A stretch of DNA of 63,384 nucleotides, filler included, from Asterionella formosa (Eukaryota): the NCBI GenBank assembly GCA_002256025.1. It is 15 parts of 15 records of this genome, joined end to end, with 100 filler letters (N's around TTAATTAATTAA, not from the genome) between each part and the next. Parts side by side here need not be neighbours in the genome. Positions count along the whole stretch, not along the records: positions 1 to 4,145 come from NKIB01013680.1; positions 4,246 to 8,383 come from NKIB01013682.1; positions 8,484 to 12,619 come from NKIB01013683.1; 12 more parts are not named here. One strand, given 5' to 3'. The position numbers and the translations under genes are program-made. Each line of letters opens with the position of its first letter. The first letter of the stretch is position 1. The notes beneath the pieces were generated by a model, which saw nothing but the letters and a program-made list of their open reading frames with translations, was not told where the DNA came from and made no database searches. Of the stretch, positions 1 through 11,886 are shown piece by piece.

Positions 1-1796
1 TTGCCTACCTTCAATGTCGGGCTTACCCTCACTGTTTGATATTCGTTCCTTTTCGATTGCGTTCTGTTGTTCAATATCAACAAGAAGCTCTCTGTAGTAC
101 TTCAGTGTTTCATCATTCCAGCAAAACGTCAACCCATTGACTTGGCATGAACTGTTTCCATTAAGGTTATTGCGTCCATTTGCAGATCCGCCAATCAAAA
201 CAATTTCTTTATAGGTAGTGGCATTAAGGAACTGTTCAGGAATATCAGTATCTTCATCCATATCTCCATAGAGATACCGAAAATTTTCAGGGTGCTGTTA
301 ACTAGAAATTTACCGCAAACACTCAGGAAAGTATAGGCCTCTGTGCTGGGATGAATGGAATCACGAACATGATGGGTGCTATGAAGAAGACACTTTCCTT
401 GCTTGTTGAGCTTGTGCTTGAAGGATCTTACTGGACCCAGAAAGTAATGATCGTGACTCTTGATTCCTGCCTGTTCGGAAAAAGCTGATAGGAGCTAATA
501 ATAGGATGAAAGCCCAGTAGTACTCGTAGAAACGATCACAAGTGTCCAGGTAAACAAACTGGTACAGAGAAGTAACCCAAAAATAAAATAGGATTTATTA
601 TACTCCGTAAAGTTGGTTTCGGTTACACCAACTAACAAAGAGAAGAAAATATGCAAACAAATATAATCAAAAAACACACAATAAGGCGGAATCCAAATAA
701 ACTTACTCAAAACTGAACAAATGAAATGGTTCAATGTCAATTGGAAGTAATGCATACGTTTAATGCACATTCCTCCAAATGTACGGTCAAAGTACTCTTT
801 TCTTTCCTTAGCACTTTTTACAGATAGGAAATCAGTTCCTCTATGAGAAAATTCTTCAACACCATTCCAGATGCAATCCGCCAATTCAGAATCATCCTTA
901 ACGGCAAGAGCGATTTTGGGATGACGTTTCAACAAGAATGAAATGTACAATCTTGCATACCATGGACTTGTTGGTCTTGATATTACAACACTACTTGGCA
1001 CACCTGTTTCAGCAGGATGTTGGTAAGACTGTAAGGACAATGAAAGTAAAAATGGTTGGTAACGATATCAAAAAAAAGGTGATTTGAGGAGATTCAAATA
1101 TGTACATGAACTTACCTGGGTGTGACAAAATTTTCTAGAATGAAATATTTCACCAACTACTTCGGTTGCATAAGAGGAAGTTATCGATGAAACTATATCC
1201 CTTTGTCTTGTATAAACAGTAGTGGCAAGGCTGGAATCTTTGTATCCACTGATAGAAGAGTTATTCAGGGAAATTTTGCGTTCCAATTGTGCAATCTTAT
1301 TATGAAGTTGTTGAACATAAAACAACAACGGAAAATGATGCTTCTGATCAATCACTATTTCATGACTAAGGCGGAACTGTGATATATATTTGAGATCGTC
1401 CCCATTATCAAGATGAAACTCGATAATATTTGTCTTTGGTTTATCAGTGTCTGGTGAATCATCACTACTCCTTCTTCCTTGAATGGGTTGATAAAAGGCG
1501 GCACCTTCTTGTTGTTACCAGGAGAGGACAGTTCTGACAAAATATCATCATTGTCAGAATCTGAATCTTGATGATGACCTCGCTGCTTTGTTGAAGCAGT
1601 TGTATTTGTTACAAACTCTTTGTGCTCATGAGACAATTTCGTTCCAGGAGTAACCAAACGCCTGCTATGTTTGACATGAGTAGGAAGACTTTTTTTCGAG
1701 TCTTTTCATCCTGGTTACTGTTGCGGTACTTCTTCTGAGCCGAGACAAGTTATCTTCTCTAGAATTATCGCTTCTTTTTATTCCTCTACCGGACAT
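1..1796 (-). pseudogene. Degenerate coding region of unknown function, probably a transposon accessory ORF
   Basis: Protein-like blocks in successive minus-strand frames (MSGRGIKRSDN..., ...RHPKIALAVKDDSELADCIW..., ...CWNDETLKYYRELLVDIEQQ...) broken by stops and frameshifts; same strand as the transposase fragment at 2575-3150. Confidence 0.35.
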
Positions 1797-2357
1797 GACG
1801 ATAACAATGTACAGGGGTCAAGGTAAACGGGCCGCTGATGCTTTAAAATCAAGAATGAAACAATAATAAAAGAGAAAAGTCTGATGTTATTTTTGGCGCG
1901 CCAAGATTAAAAAGGAAGGGAGTTGGTCTGCCTCTTAGATCATACAGAAATGTTAATTTATCATTCACTTTCCTATGTTATAATCTGAGTATTTCGGCAT
2001 TATATCATAATAATACACTTCAAGTGTTTTCATTCATGTTCAAATACCTACCGGTAGTATTGATCAATACCATAGCCAAACTTGAACGTAAATACAGTAC
2101 CGAAAGGAACATAGTCGAAATGTACGGTACCCCCTGGTACCAGGGTAGTTCCTGCTTGGAAAACGGTGACGTACGAGGTCCTGTTGCTGTACTCTACTGA
2201 GCATCATGTAAGTTCCAGTATTCCTCCATCATGTAAGTACCAGTAAAATTTGATGATAGGTATATGTACCTATGATACATGGTGTCCACTGTCCACTATA
2301 TAGGATATGATAACTGGAAGTATATGGGGTACCATATTCGAATTCCTGTTAAGTATT

Positions 2358-2512
2358 GTATATTTTATCTAATCATAGTACATACTGGTAGGGTATTAAA
2401 TGTTCCTTCAAAAAAAGTACTAGACATACAGAGGTGTATGTTATACACACTTTTTGAAGAAGAGGAAATGTTGAGATTTTGTTAAAAAATTTATAACGGT
2501 AATGCCTTCTAT
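2358..2512 (+). repeat. Dispersed ~155-bp repeat, second copy at ~37036-37190
   Basis: tattttatctaatcatagtacatactggtagggtattaaatgttccttcaaaaaa...gaggaaatgttgagat is near-identical on two different contigs. Confidence 0.9.
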
Positions 2513-2574
2513 GTTATGAATCACTTACAAAAACAATTTTTCGTGCCAGGGCAAACTGCCTTGTTTCATATAAC

Positions 2575-3150
2575 CTTTTTAAAATGTCCTGCTTTAATCG
2601 ATGTAATTGTCCGTTGACACGCTTTCTGGGTCGTTTCAATTTGTCTTTCAAAAAAGACTCCAACTATCCACCAAAGAAATTAAGAGGAGATCCGAACTTC
2701 CTAATCAGATGAGGGTTATGTTTCATTCCATGAAATTTTGCAATTCGTAAGCCAATTTGAGATATCATTTCCCGTTGGGGACCAATCATACCAATCTTAG
2801 TAACTGACATAAATCTCTTTACGCTTTCCTCTAAAATATCAATACATGTTGATGTATATTGTGGTATGAATAAAGTGTCATTGATAAATACACATTACCA
2901 TAACAGCAATGTGAAATCCTTTTCTAGGTGCATGTTCTCTGAGTCCAGCCATCATTACAGCCACCCATTGAGAAAATAGTTAACAGACATAATCCGGGAA
3001 TTACTTGCCCTGACATTTTCGACAAAGCTGTCATCCCAGATCTGTATGACTACAATTTCGATTGTGAGACTCAGATGGGGATTTGTTCTTCCGAAATTTG
3101 TAGATACACAGATAACACCATTGCAATGTGCGAAAAGACATTGCAAATTG
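2575..3150 (-). mobile_element. Plavaka/CACTA-like transposase C-terminal fragment, degenerate
   Basis: Translates as GLRIAKFHGMKHNPHLIRKFGSPLNFFGG*LESFLKDKLKRPRKRV, matching the KFH...H...I..FG...N...E...K.P block of Plavaka-type transposases; homologous to 23970-24830 on the opposite strand. Confidence 0.6.
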
Positions 3151-3835
3151 CAAATGATGACCAAGTCAGGATATGAAAAGGGTAGAATAAAAATGAATTA
3201 ACATATAATAATAAATTGAGCGCTCCTTCGAACATGCTGTGCTGGTCAATACAGAGTCGTGAAATTATCACTCCACAATAGTAGTAAAAATGGAGGTATA
3301 CCGCTACATATAGCTAGTACAGCCGGCACTAATAGTAATAGTAGTATGGCCACTTCATTCAAAGATAAGACAAATGATTTCTTCTTGTCTACTCTCATCC
3401 CTAGTTACACTGACATTTCCTTCTTTCCTTGAATGAATCGATGCACTACCGCAATACATAGTTTCATTATGTATTCCAGGAACTCGATGTTTTTGCATGC
3501 AATGTCGACAGTGACCATATGCATAGAATACACGGTTGCTACAACTTCGATTATGAGACTCAGATGGGGATTTGTTCTCCCGAAATTTGTAGTTACACAG
3601 ATAACACCATTGCAATGTGCGCAAAGACATTGCAAATTGGAAATGATGACCAAGTCAGGATATGAAAAGGAAAGAATAAAAATGAAATAATATATAATAA
3701 TAAATTCAGCATAACTCCGATCATGCTGTGCTGGACAATACAGTATCGTGAAATTATCACTCCACCATAGTAGTAAAAATCGAGGTATACCGCTACATAT
3801 AGCTAGTACAGGCGGCACTAAGAATAGTAATAGTA
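3051..3835 (+). repeat. Imperfect direct duplication of ~295 bp (3051-3345 and 3540-3835)
   Basis: gagactcagatgggg...ggtataccgctacatatagctagtac occurs twice, about 489 bp apart. Confidence 0.9.
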
Positions 3836-4145
3836 AAATAGAGCAGAATCAATGTTTTCCTATCATCTATGATATGGCTTGCATTTGTAGAAGTCTCACA
3901 CTAACTATAATGATTATGTAACTACTAAGCATGCATTGGATTCTATTAGATCCATTCAAAATCAACATCGTCATCAATGTCCCGTTGATTAATGCGATCA
4001 TTATAATTAATATTCTTTTCAGGAACATTTGGTTAAAGTGATTCAACAAATTGATGCATATCCTCTTTACTTACGTTGGGAAATGAGAAGTATGAGTGTG
4101 GGTAGATGATATTTGTGGTGGGAGTAGCAATTCCACTAGGATTCC

Positions 4146-4245
4146 NNNNNNNNNNNNNNNNNNNNNNNNNNNNNNNNNNNNNNNNNNNNTTAATTAATTA
4201 ANNNNNNNNNNNNNNNNNNNNNNNNNNNNNNNNNNNNNNNNNNNN
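4146..4245. other. Artificial contig-joining spacer (44 N + TTAATTAATTAA + 44 N). The same spacer occurs at 8384, 12620, 16855, 21090, 25325, 29559, 33793, 38026, 42256, 46486, 50715, 54939 and 59162
   Basis: Identical 100-nt structure 14 times; TTAATTAATTAA places stops in all six frames; the pieces between spacers fall in length from 4145 to 4123 bp. Confidence 0.99.
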
Positions 4246-4360
4246 CTTCAGATTATGAAATAGTGGAGCAGCCTTCAGATAAATAGTTGAACAACCTTGT
4301 GATAATTAGTTGAATGAACTCCAGAATATTATGTAAACAAATTTAATACATTAACTGAGC
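4246..4360 (-). repeat. Repeat-family sequence abutting the CRN 3' end, related to ~58985-59045
   Basis: Minus strand ttaatgtattaaatttgtttacataatattctggagttcattcaacta versus ttaatgtgttaaatttgtttacgtaattttctggagctcattcaacta at ~58995. Confidence 0.7.
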
Positions 4361-6406
4361 TATTTTCATATTCGGCAATTGAATATTTGAAGGAAATAAG
4401 ATTCCTCACCTGTAAGGGCACCCCATCAGTCACCTTTAATATTTCTTTGCCGTCATTCCGTGTAGCCACTTCATTAAAGGCAAGCTTAATTTCTGCCAAA
4501 TTCATTTTGCAAGGGTGATCATACTCCACAAACCCTTGATACCTTTCCCTGAAGGCAATCTCGTTGCTTGCGGAAGCTGAAATGATGGAGACAATGCGGC
4601 TTCCCTTCAATATACTGTCGATTACACTAAAAGGAAAGGGAAGCGTACCCAGATCAACATATTTGTTTAGCTCTGGTCGAGCAAACAATCTGTTGATCTG
4701 ATCGAAAACTAGGACCCATTTCTTGTTCATATGTTGAAGAATCAAGTCAATGGCATTGACAAAAGTTTTCAGATCTCTCGAATTTTCGATATCATTTGAA
4801 CAGATCTTCCACTTGAGAGCCGGTAAGGAAGTACCAAATGATCTACAGATTGCAGTGTACAACTCGTCCACATCATTCCATTGTTGACAGTCTGGAATGA
4901 AAGTTACGAGGTACCTACAGCTGCTGTTATATTGCAGCGTACGAACCAAGTTGACAAGTGAGTGCGACTTGCCAATTCCATGCGGTCCTTTGATCATGAT
5001 TCCAGTCCGACGCTTTTTCTTGAAGGCATCTTCAACCACTTTCATCATTTCCTCTACAATTTTAGGGCGATATAAGATTCCCCTACTTTCGCAGTCGTCG
5101 AACCGCACCGGTTGGACATTTTCAATCCAGTAACTTTCAGTTGGGGAAAAAGCGGGTAAAGTAGGATCAGGAGGAGGTAAAGTAGGAGCAGAAAGAGGTA
5201 AGGTAGGGTCAGAAGGAGGTAAAGTAGGAATAGAAGGACTTTTTTTCGGATCAATCATGTAGATATGCATTGTCTTGGGAATTCTTCGCACTTGCTGATC
5301 CGCCTCCAAGCGCTTGAAATGAACGTAGAGCTTCTCCTTTATAAGAAATATTAAGGACGAGGCTTCCTCCTGGTCAAAATCTTGATTCCGCTCCTTCTTC
5401 AAGTCATCAAATTGAAGTTTGAGCCTTTCGTCTAAAACCTTTATTAAGGAGGCTTCCTTCTGCTCATCATTTTGTTTCTGGCGTTTCGTCGTTCCTTGGT
5501 CTTTTCAACAGTAGCGAGTATTTGTATGGGATAAATGATACGAAATGATACGTGAGTATTAGGAGCTGTGACCTACAATACAATAGAAGGTATTCCATGA
5601 GATCAAAACACGTACCAATATCAGGTTGGATGACCACGATCACAAACGCAGTGTCGTCGCTAGTCCCCCAATTCAGATGAACAACCGGACCTCCAGATCT
5701 CAGGGTTGGATCATCAGCTCCCTCAGAGACCGGCACTTGAGTTCCAGGTGGGTACACACGGAGCTGCGCTGAGGAAGCACCTTGAAGATTGTCACCACAT
5801 TCAATCTTCACAGCTTTCATCAAGTCAGAAATGACATCATTCTTCTTCAACGTGACATAAACTGGCAATAGTCCTGCGTTTCCACGGAACAACTGGAACC
5901 AAACCTTCATTGTTGTCGACATGATGGTTGTGGGTACCATTAAGGAGACTTCCTCCTGCTCATCATTTCGTTTCTGGCGTTTCGTCGTTCCTTGGTCTTT
6001 TCAACAGTAGCGAGTATTTGTATGGGATAAATGATACGAAATGATACGTGAGTATTAGGAGCTGTGACCTACAATACAATAGAAGGTATTCCATGAGATC
6101 AAAACACGTACCAATATCAGGTTGGATGACCACGATCACAAACGCAGTGTCGTCGCTAGTCCCCCAATTCAGATGAACAACCGGACCTCCAGATCTCAGG
6201 GTTGGATCATCAGCTCCCTCAGAGACCGGCACTTGAGTTCCAGGTGGGTACACACGGAGCTGCGCTGAGGAAACACCTTGAAGATTGTCACCACATTCAA
6301 TCTTCACAGCTTTCTTCAAGTCAGCAATGTCATCATTCTGATTCAAAGTAACTTTAAAGGGATCTAGGGCTGCGTTTCCAAGAAACAACTGGAACCAAAC
6401 CTTCAT
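4329..6406 (-). CDS. Crinkler (CRN)-type protein, 615 aa: two ubiquitin-like N-terminal domains + Pro-rich linker + P-loop NTPase. Exons 6406-6112, 5996-5616, 5500-4329; C-terminus probably truncated
   Basis: Two 115-bp phase-1 GTACGT...AAAAG introns (6111-5997, 5615-5501) join three track ORFs into one 616-codon frame; N-domain motif VWFQL...D.I.DLKKAVK......L......QLRVY; Walker A GPHGIGKS, Walker B LVFDQ, SASASNE, TDGVPL. Confidence 0.8.
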
Positions 6407-6432
6407 TGTTTTCTAACTGATGGTGGTGGGTA
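5456..6432 (-). repeat. Tandem 496-bp duplication of the CRN first exon plus its intron
   Basis: Donor sites at 6111 and 5615 and acceptors at 5997 and 5501 are exactly 496 bp apart; the two introns read identical. Confidence 0.95.
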
Positions 6433-7349
6433 CCTGGTTGGGAGTACAAGACAATGAAAGTGAGAGGAGAGGAGAAGAGAAGAGGAGAACCTTCTGTCAA
6501 TCATTCAACAAGGGTGAGGAATGTTGTGACTGATTTGAAACATCATGATACCGGTACCGGCATTCTTCTACCGGTATTTGCTTTCGTTGCTGTCATGGTA
6601 CTCTTGTCATCGTGGACTTCTACCAGTATACATAATGCACTCCGCTCATTTCCCTGGGATTTCCGGGAAAGTCCGAATATTGCGAATATTTGTCCGTAAA
6701 TATTTAATCAAACCGGTAGAATTTTTTTCCTCGTTTGGGGAGTACATTCTACCTCATCATTATAACGAGGTTAGGGTTAACATTGATATTTTACAGGGCG
6801 AAAATTCTTTCCATTGTATTGTTATCAACCATCATGCCTTGTGAATCAAGAATACCTCCTGTAGCAGATAAGTGTGTACAATATAATATAATAATAAAAT
6901 CATCATGACAAGGACAAGAGGACCATGATAAATACCTCGGTACCGTAGACTATCTTGCCGACATCACACGGTACCTGGTATGGTAACTGGCACAGTCATA
7001 TGTCGCCATATTCATATGCATTTGACCATGTTTCAGTTGGTGGTTTGGTTTGGAGGTAGGGGTGGTGATCTATGTGAGGGTTTATCATGATACCCCAGAG
7101 TAATAAATATTTTTAATTTACCGGTAGTAAGTCCCGGTATATCATGTGATTTTTACCTTGCATACTGAATACGTATGGATACTGACGACCGGTACCAGGT
7201 ACCCAGTACGATGGTATGTACACAATTTGAACAAAAGTTACCTACCAGTGCAACAACGCTCTATTGCTACATAATGAACATAACGGTAAGCAATTTTTAA
7301 ACCTCTTATCATTAGAATGCTGGAAAGCTAGCTGTATACCTGTACCGGT

Positions 7350-8383
7350 ACGCGTGTGTTTCGTCCCTACAATGGAAGACGAGTGGTACGAAGACCAATA
7401 CTGCGCATCAAGCAACGGAACGGAGCGCTGGCTTGCGGACACTGGGGCTACCACGCACATCACTAGACTGACAAATACATGACAAACGTCGAAAATGTAA
7501 ACGTCTCGGTCATTGTCGGTGACGGTAAAGAGGTGGTATGCACGAAACGAGGTGATATTCTGATTACCAACAAGACGTGTTCCATGTTACTACGCAAGGT
7601 ACTCTACACTCCTCACTTCCACAAGAATATCGTCAGCATCGGGCAATTTGTCAAGAACGGAGGGTGCGAGGCACGCATGAAGGGGTCTGAGTTGAGTCTA
7701 CATAAGGAAGGGTACGACAACGAACTAACCTTTTCTTGTGAGGATCAAGGCGTCCTTTACTACTTCAAGGGAAAACGTACCCTACAGTCCGAAACGGTCT
7801 TGTCTATTCACGACTCGACAACAAACCGTACACCTGATCCTACTCCAACGAATACCAAGACAGTGACGCAACTTCCTACGGCATAAACTACCAAGAAACC
7901 AACGCAAATTGACATCAACGAGGCCCACGACAAATACGGCCACATCAGCGAGGCATCCCTTCGCGCAACGCTAAAGTCCCTCGGTATTGAACCTACGGGC
8001 AAGATTCAGTCGTGTGAAGGCTGCGCACTAGCTAAGGCAAAGGCCAAAGCGGTACCTAAAGTCACGACCCTCAAGGCCTCTACTCCTGCTGAACGATTGT
8101 ACGTGGACATTTCAGGTCCCTACGAGAAATCTCTAATTGGAAGCAACTACTGGATTCTATTCGTGGATCAGTACACAGGCAAGGCATGGAGTTATTTTGT
8201 TAACAAGAAAAGTCTTTTGGCGAGCATCGCAGATGCCCTATTGACTACACTCAAGTCAGCGGGCTATGTAGTACGCTTCCTACGCTGGAAAATGCCGGTG
8301 AAAACATGACCAGTCTAAGTATCGTCTGCACCACGCAGGGTATTCAGATTGAGTATACTGCCCCCCATACTCCTCAACAGAAC
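7350..8383 (+). mobile_element. Ty1/Copia pol fragment (protease, pre-integrase zinc finger, integrase), disrupted
   Basis: WLADTGATTHIT; HDKYGHISE...CEGCALAK; LYVDISGP...FVDQYTGKAW; IEYTAPHTPQQN; frameshifts near 7470 and 8290 and an in-frame TAA at 7884. Confidence 0.92.
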
Positions 8384-8760
8384 NNNNNNNNNNNNNNNNN
8401 NNNNNNNNNNNNNNNNNNNNNNNNNNNTTAATTAATTAANNNNNNNNNNNNNNNNNNNNNNNNNNNNNNNNNNNNNNNNNNNNCACTTGTTGATACTTGC
8501 CCCTATGCTCCCGAGAAAATAGCAAAGAATGGCACTTTGTCGACAATTCAGATAGCCATCCAAACAAGGAGTGCTGACACTTTGAAAATCAAATCCGGTT
8601 GAATGAGCCCGAGAACATTTGCTTTAATGTTGGAAGATTTTCTGGGTTGAACCAACTACAGGTGGAGGGGTCGAGCTCAACTATTACAGCTTTATCAACC
8701 CCCAATGGCTCCGTGCCCTTAATCAACTTCAATATTATATAGATATAGATATTATTGAAT

Positions 8761-9008
8761 TGTTTCTTAGTTGGTTAGCTCACCTGAACAATTAAGGTTG
8801 GCGCAAAGTACATAGTGATACGTAGCAGTACAGTAGAGTGGTGACTAGTCATTATAGCATGCAGGCATTGGCAATAGAGTGAACGTGTCTGTTAGTTAGC
8901 AATACCGTAGTGAAAGCATGAAGTGAGTCCTCAATCTCGCTCACTCTTTTTACAATTAATCCTTTTAATAAATCTTTCCTTTTTTCCCCTTTATCTAAGT
9001 AAGTCACA
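8761..9008 (+). repeat. Possible LTR upstream of the CoDi gag
   Basis: Bounded by TG...CA, contains AATAAA, lies 340 bp 5' of a gag; no second copy in the window. Confidence 0.3.
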
Positions 9009-9349
9009 ATGTCGGAATTCACACAGCGATTTTGATTTGGTTTATTAGACCCATTGTAGGAAGCGAGAGCGATGCTAGAGGAAAGAGGATAAAGCAAGCA
9101 AAAAGGAACCAAATGGTGAATGAATTTTAGCGATGCGATGTTGCCAAAGTGTCGATATTTCCGGATACACCGGCGACGACTGGAAGCGGGCTCTGGAAGC
9201 ACATGACAACCGGATAGAGGAAGGGAATCCTTCTCGATCCCTAGCGCAGCGAGTGGCCAAAGCAAGACTGATCATCTCATCAGGCATTAGCGAAACGTGA
9301 AGCCCCTCATGCACTAACATGATATTCATATATATAACAGAACGACAAG

Positions 9350-10470
9350 ATGGCCAAAGTGCCAGTTGCTCCGATTGTGAATGAAGGTCCACCAATTATG
9401 TTGATAGGCATTGAAAAAGTACTCCAGGTGATTGGGTTTGAATCAGAAGTCGAAAGGGCCGGCATCATGCAGGCAGGGATGGGCCGATTCGAAGATTTCC
9501 GTTACCTTGTGGAGAAGGATATCCACAATATGTCGGATGAGTTTGCAAGCGTACTCAGGCAAACGGACGGATTGTCTTTGGACTAGGACGCACTAAGAAG
9601 CTGACTGGTGCTATGCATTGGGTACTACAGAACTGTCATAGAGCGAGCGACATTTCAAACCATGAAAATTTTGATGAAGAAATGATGTATGAGGCCCTCC
9701 GTTTGGCTCAAATTCGTAAATCCGACATTGAATTGGTTACCACCAACTCAAAGGCAGCTGATCCAGGAAAATTCAAGGATGAATGTAAATGGCGTGAATG
9801 GGAGAAGGCATTCATTAACTACTTATCGGTCAACCCTGGAGTAAATGGCATTCCACTGTCATATGTTGTGCAAGAGCTAGAAAACCCCACCCCAGGAACA
9901 GAGTATGCTACATTCAATGAATGGATGATCAATTGAGCATTGGTTAATGGGCAGTATTACATATCCAATAAAAGGCAAGTGCACAATCTTATGACTGCGT
10001 TCTTGCAAGGAGAGAACACTGAGAACTGGATATGCAACATTGCCAAGTACCAAGATGCCATGCATGACATGATTGCGTTGCATCGCCACTATGCTGGTGA
10101 AGGAAACAACACTAGGAGAATAGCTGATGCAAAGTGGATCCAAAATACCTTGCACTTCAAAACTGAACAAGCTCTACCATTCAACAAGTTCCTACATTCT
10201 TTACAGCAGATGTTTACCATTTTTTTCGGAAGAAAATGAACCATTAACTGAGAGAACCAAAGTCGATGAGCTTCTTTCAAAAAAGGGAACTCTGTATTAG
10301 CGGCAGCATTAGCACAACTAAGGTATCAGTTGAATACAGATGGGATCACTTTTACTGTTGCTGTTAACCATTTAAACTCTGAGATTTCTCAAACTCCGGA
10401 TTATCAAATGTCTAGAAAAATTAGTGCAGTTACTACTGGTGGCCGTCGTGGTGGTAGTGGCGGGCGAAAC
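9350..10470 (+). mobile_element. Diatom CoDi-type Copia gag, degenerate and 3'-truncated
   Basis: GRIVFGLGRTKKL...MHWV; DPGKFKDE.KWREWEKAFINYLS..PGVNGIPLSYVV; several frameshifts and TGA at 9934; ends in a Gly/Arg-rich tract. Confidence 0.8.
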
Positions 10471-11886
10471 AGTGGGTTGTTGCCCCTGAGTCAACAAGCC
10501 AGCTTTCATGTCCACTCTCTGTGACAGGGCTCATGGCTTCCAATGAATTTTTAGCAAAAACTTCCTCATCCCACATCCCTTCTGCTCCATGGCTTGTTTT
10601 GTCCATCTGGTAAATAATTTCTTTCTCATCAACTATTCCTCTGCTCTCATCTTCGTCGACATTGTCACATTCTTCCTCATCACTTGTCTCACACAAATCA
10701 GCCCAGCTCATGGTCTTTTTCTCTACTTTCTTCTTTTGGCTTTCACTTGTTGGATCTTGTTGTATTTTCTTGGTTTTCACTTATTTCTCTCATGTTATTC
10801 AAGACACTTCTCTTCTTCTTGTTACAGTCTGCAATTTCTTCCAAAAGTTCAATTGCAAATTTATTTGTCAAAATACTCTGTTTTAGCTTCTTGATTGTTC
10901 TTGACATCATCCTCCCGGATATCAGCTCCATGGATTGTCATACCAACAAACATACCAGACTCTTCCTTCTTTTGACAATCTCTTGTAATGTGTCCAAATC
11001 CACTGCAGCTGTAGCACTTCACATTTGGTTTTTCAATGTCTTTCTCTCCACTGTTGTTGCTGTTGCCATTGCTTATGCAGTCTCTTGCTCTGTGCCCTTG
11101 TCTTCCACACTTGTTGCATTTACCTTTGAAGGGTCTCCAGGCACCTTTTCCACTTGTAGTATTCAGAGCCAGTTGCTTTCCGCTTTCCTTGTTCTCTCTT
11201 TGATCTTGAATTTTGCGATTTTGACGATTTTTGAATGGCTCCACAAACATCTCATAATAGCCAATGATCTCAGCAATGAAGTCCTTATTGTCAAATCCTT
11301 TTGTACCAATATTTCCATTTAGAGTTGTAATCACTGATTCATACCTTTGTTTTGGTAGTCTTGCTAATTTGGTTGCTTGCATTTGCTCTTCGCTGTGTCT
11401 TGATCCATTTTCGCACTTTTCCACTTCTCTCTTCAATTGTTCCATTTCAACAAACAAAAGGTAGGGATCACCTATGTCTGATTTCATGTAACACTTTTCA
11501 AATTTGGTTGTTGCCTTTACCAAATCTTTTGTCTTCTTTGAGCTGTACCAGTCCTTGAGAGCTTGAAACATTTGGTATGCTGTTTCATATGATTCAATGA
11601 TTGCAAAAGTGTCACCTATGCATGACACAATAAGAAAATGCTTTGCTTCATCATCTTGTCTCACCAACTCCATCTCGTCTTTTGTCAAATCTTCTTTCTC
11701 TGCTCAACTTGGAAGAACTCCTTCTTCGATGAGTAAAACCTTCTTGTAACCCTTTGTTGCAGCAAATACCTCAGCCTTCTTGAAAAATTCTTGGGGTTCA
11801 ACTCCCCCTGTTGTAGTGTCAGTTCCATAATAGGGAATGACCTTAACTGACTCCAGGACTGTTCCAGTCTTCTTTGCTTCGCTCAT
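10470..11886 (-). mobile_element. Ty1/Copia gag-protease, degenerate, truncated just after the protease active site
   Basis: gag helix block AYQMFQALKDWY; two CCHC knuckles CNKCGRQGHRARDC and CYSCSGFGHITRDC; WLVDSGATTH; internal stops at 11704 and 10861. Confidence 0.9.

Noticed and set aside
5467..6406. Two independent small proteins with hydrophobic C-termini (GTCFDLMEYLLLY...)
   Set aside because: Those tails are translated intron; splicing gives one continuous protein
10589..11558. Plus-strand Leu/Ser/Phe-rich ORFs, including a 212-aa one
   Set aside because: Antisense to the purine-rich Copia gag
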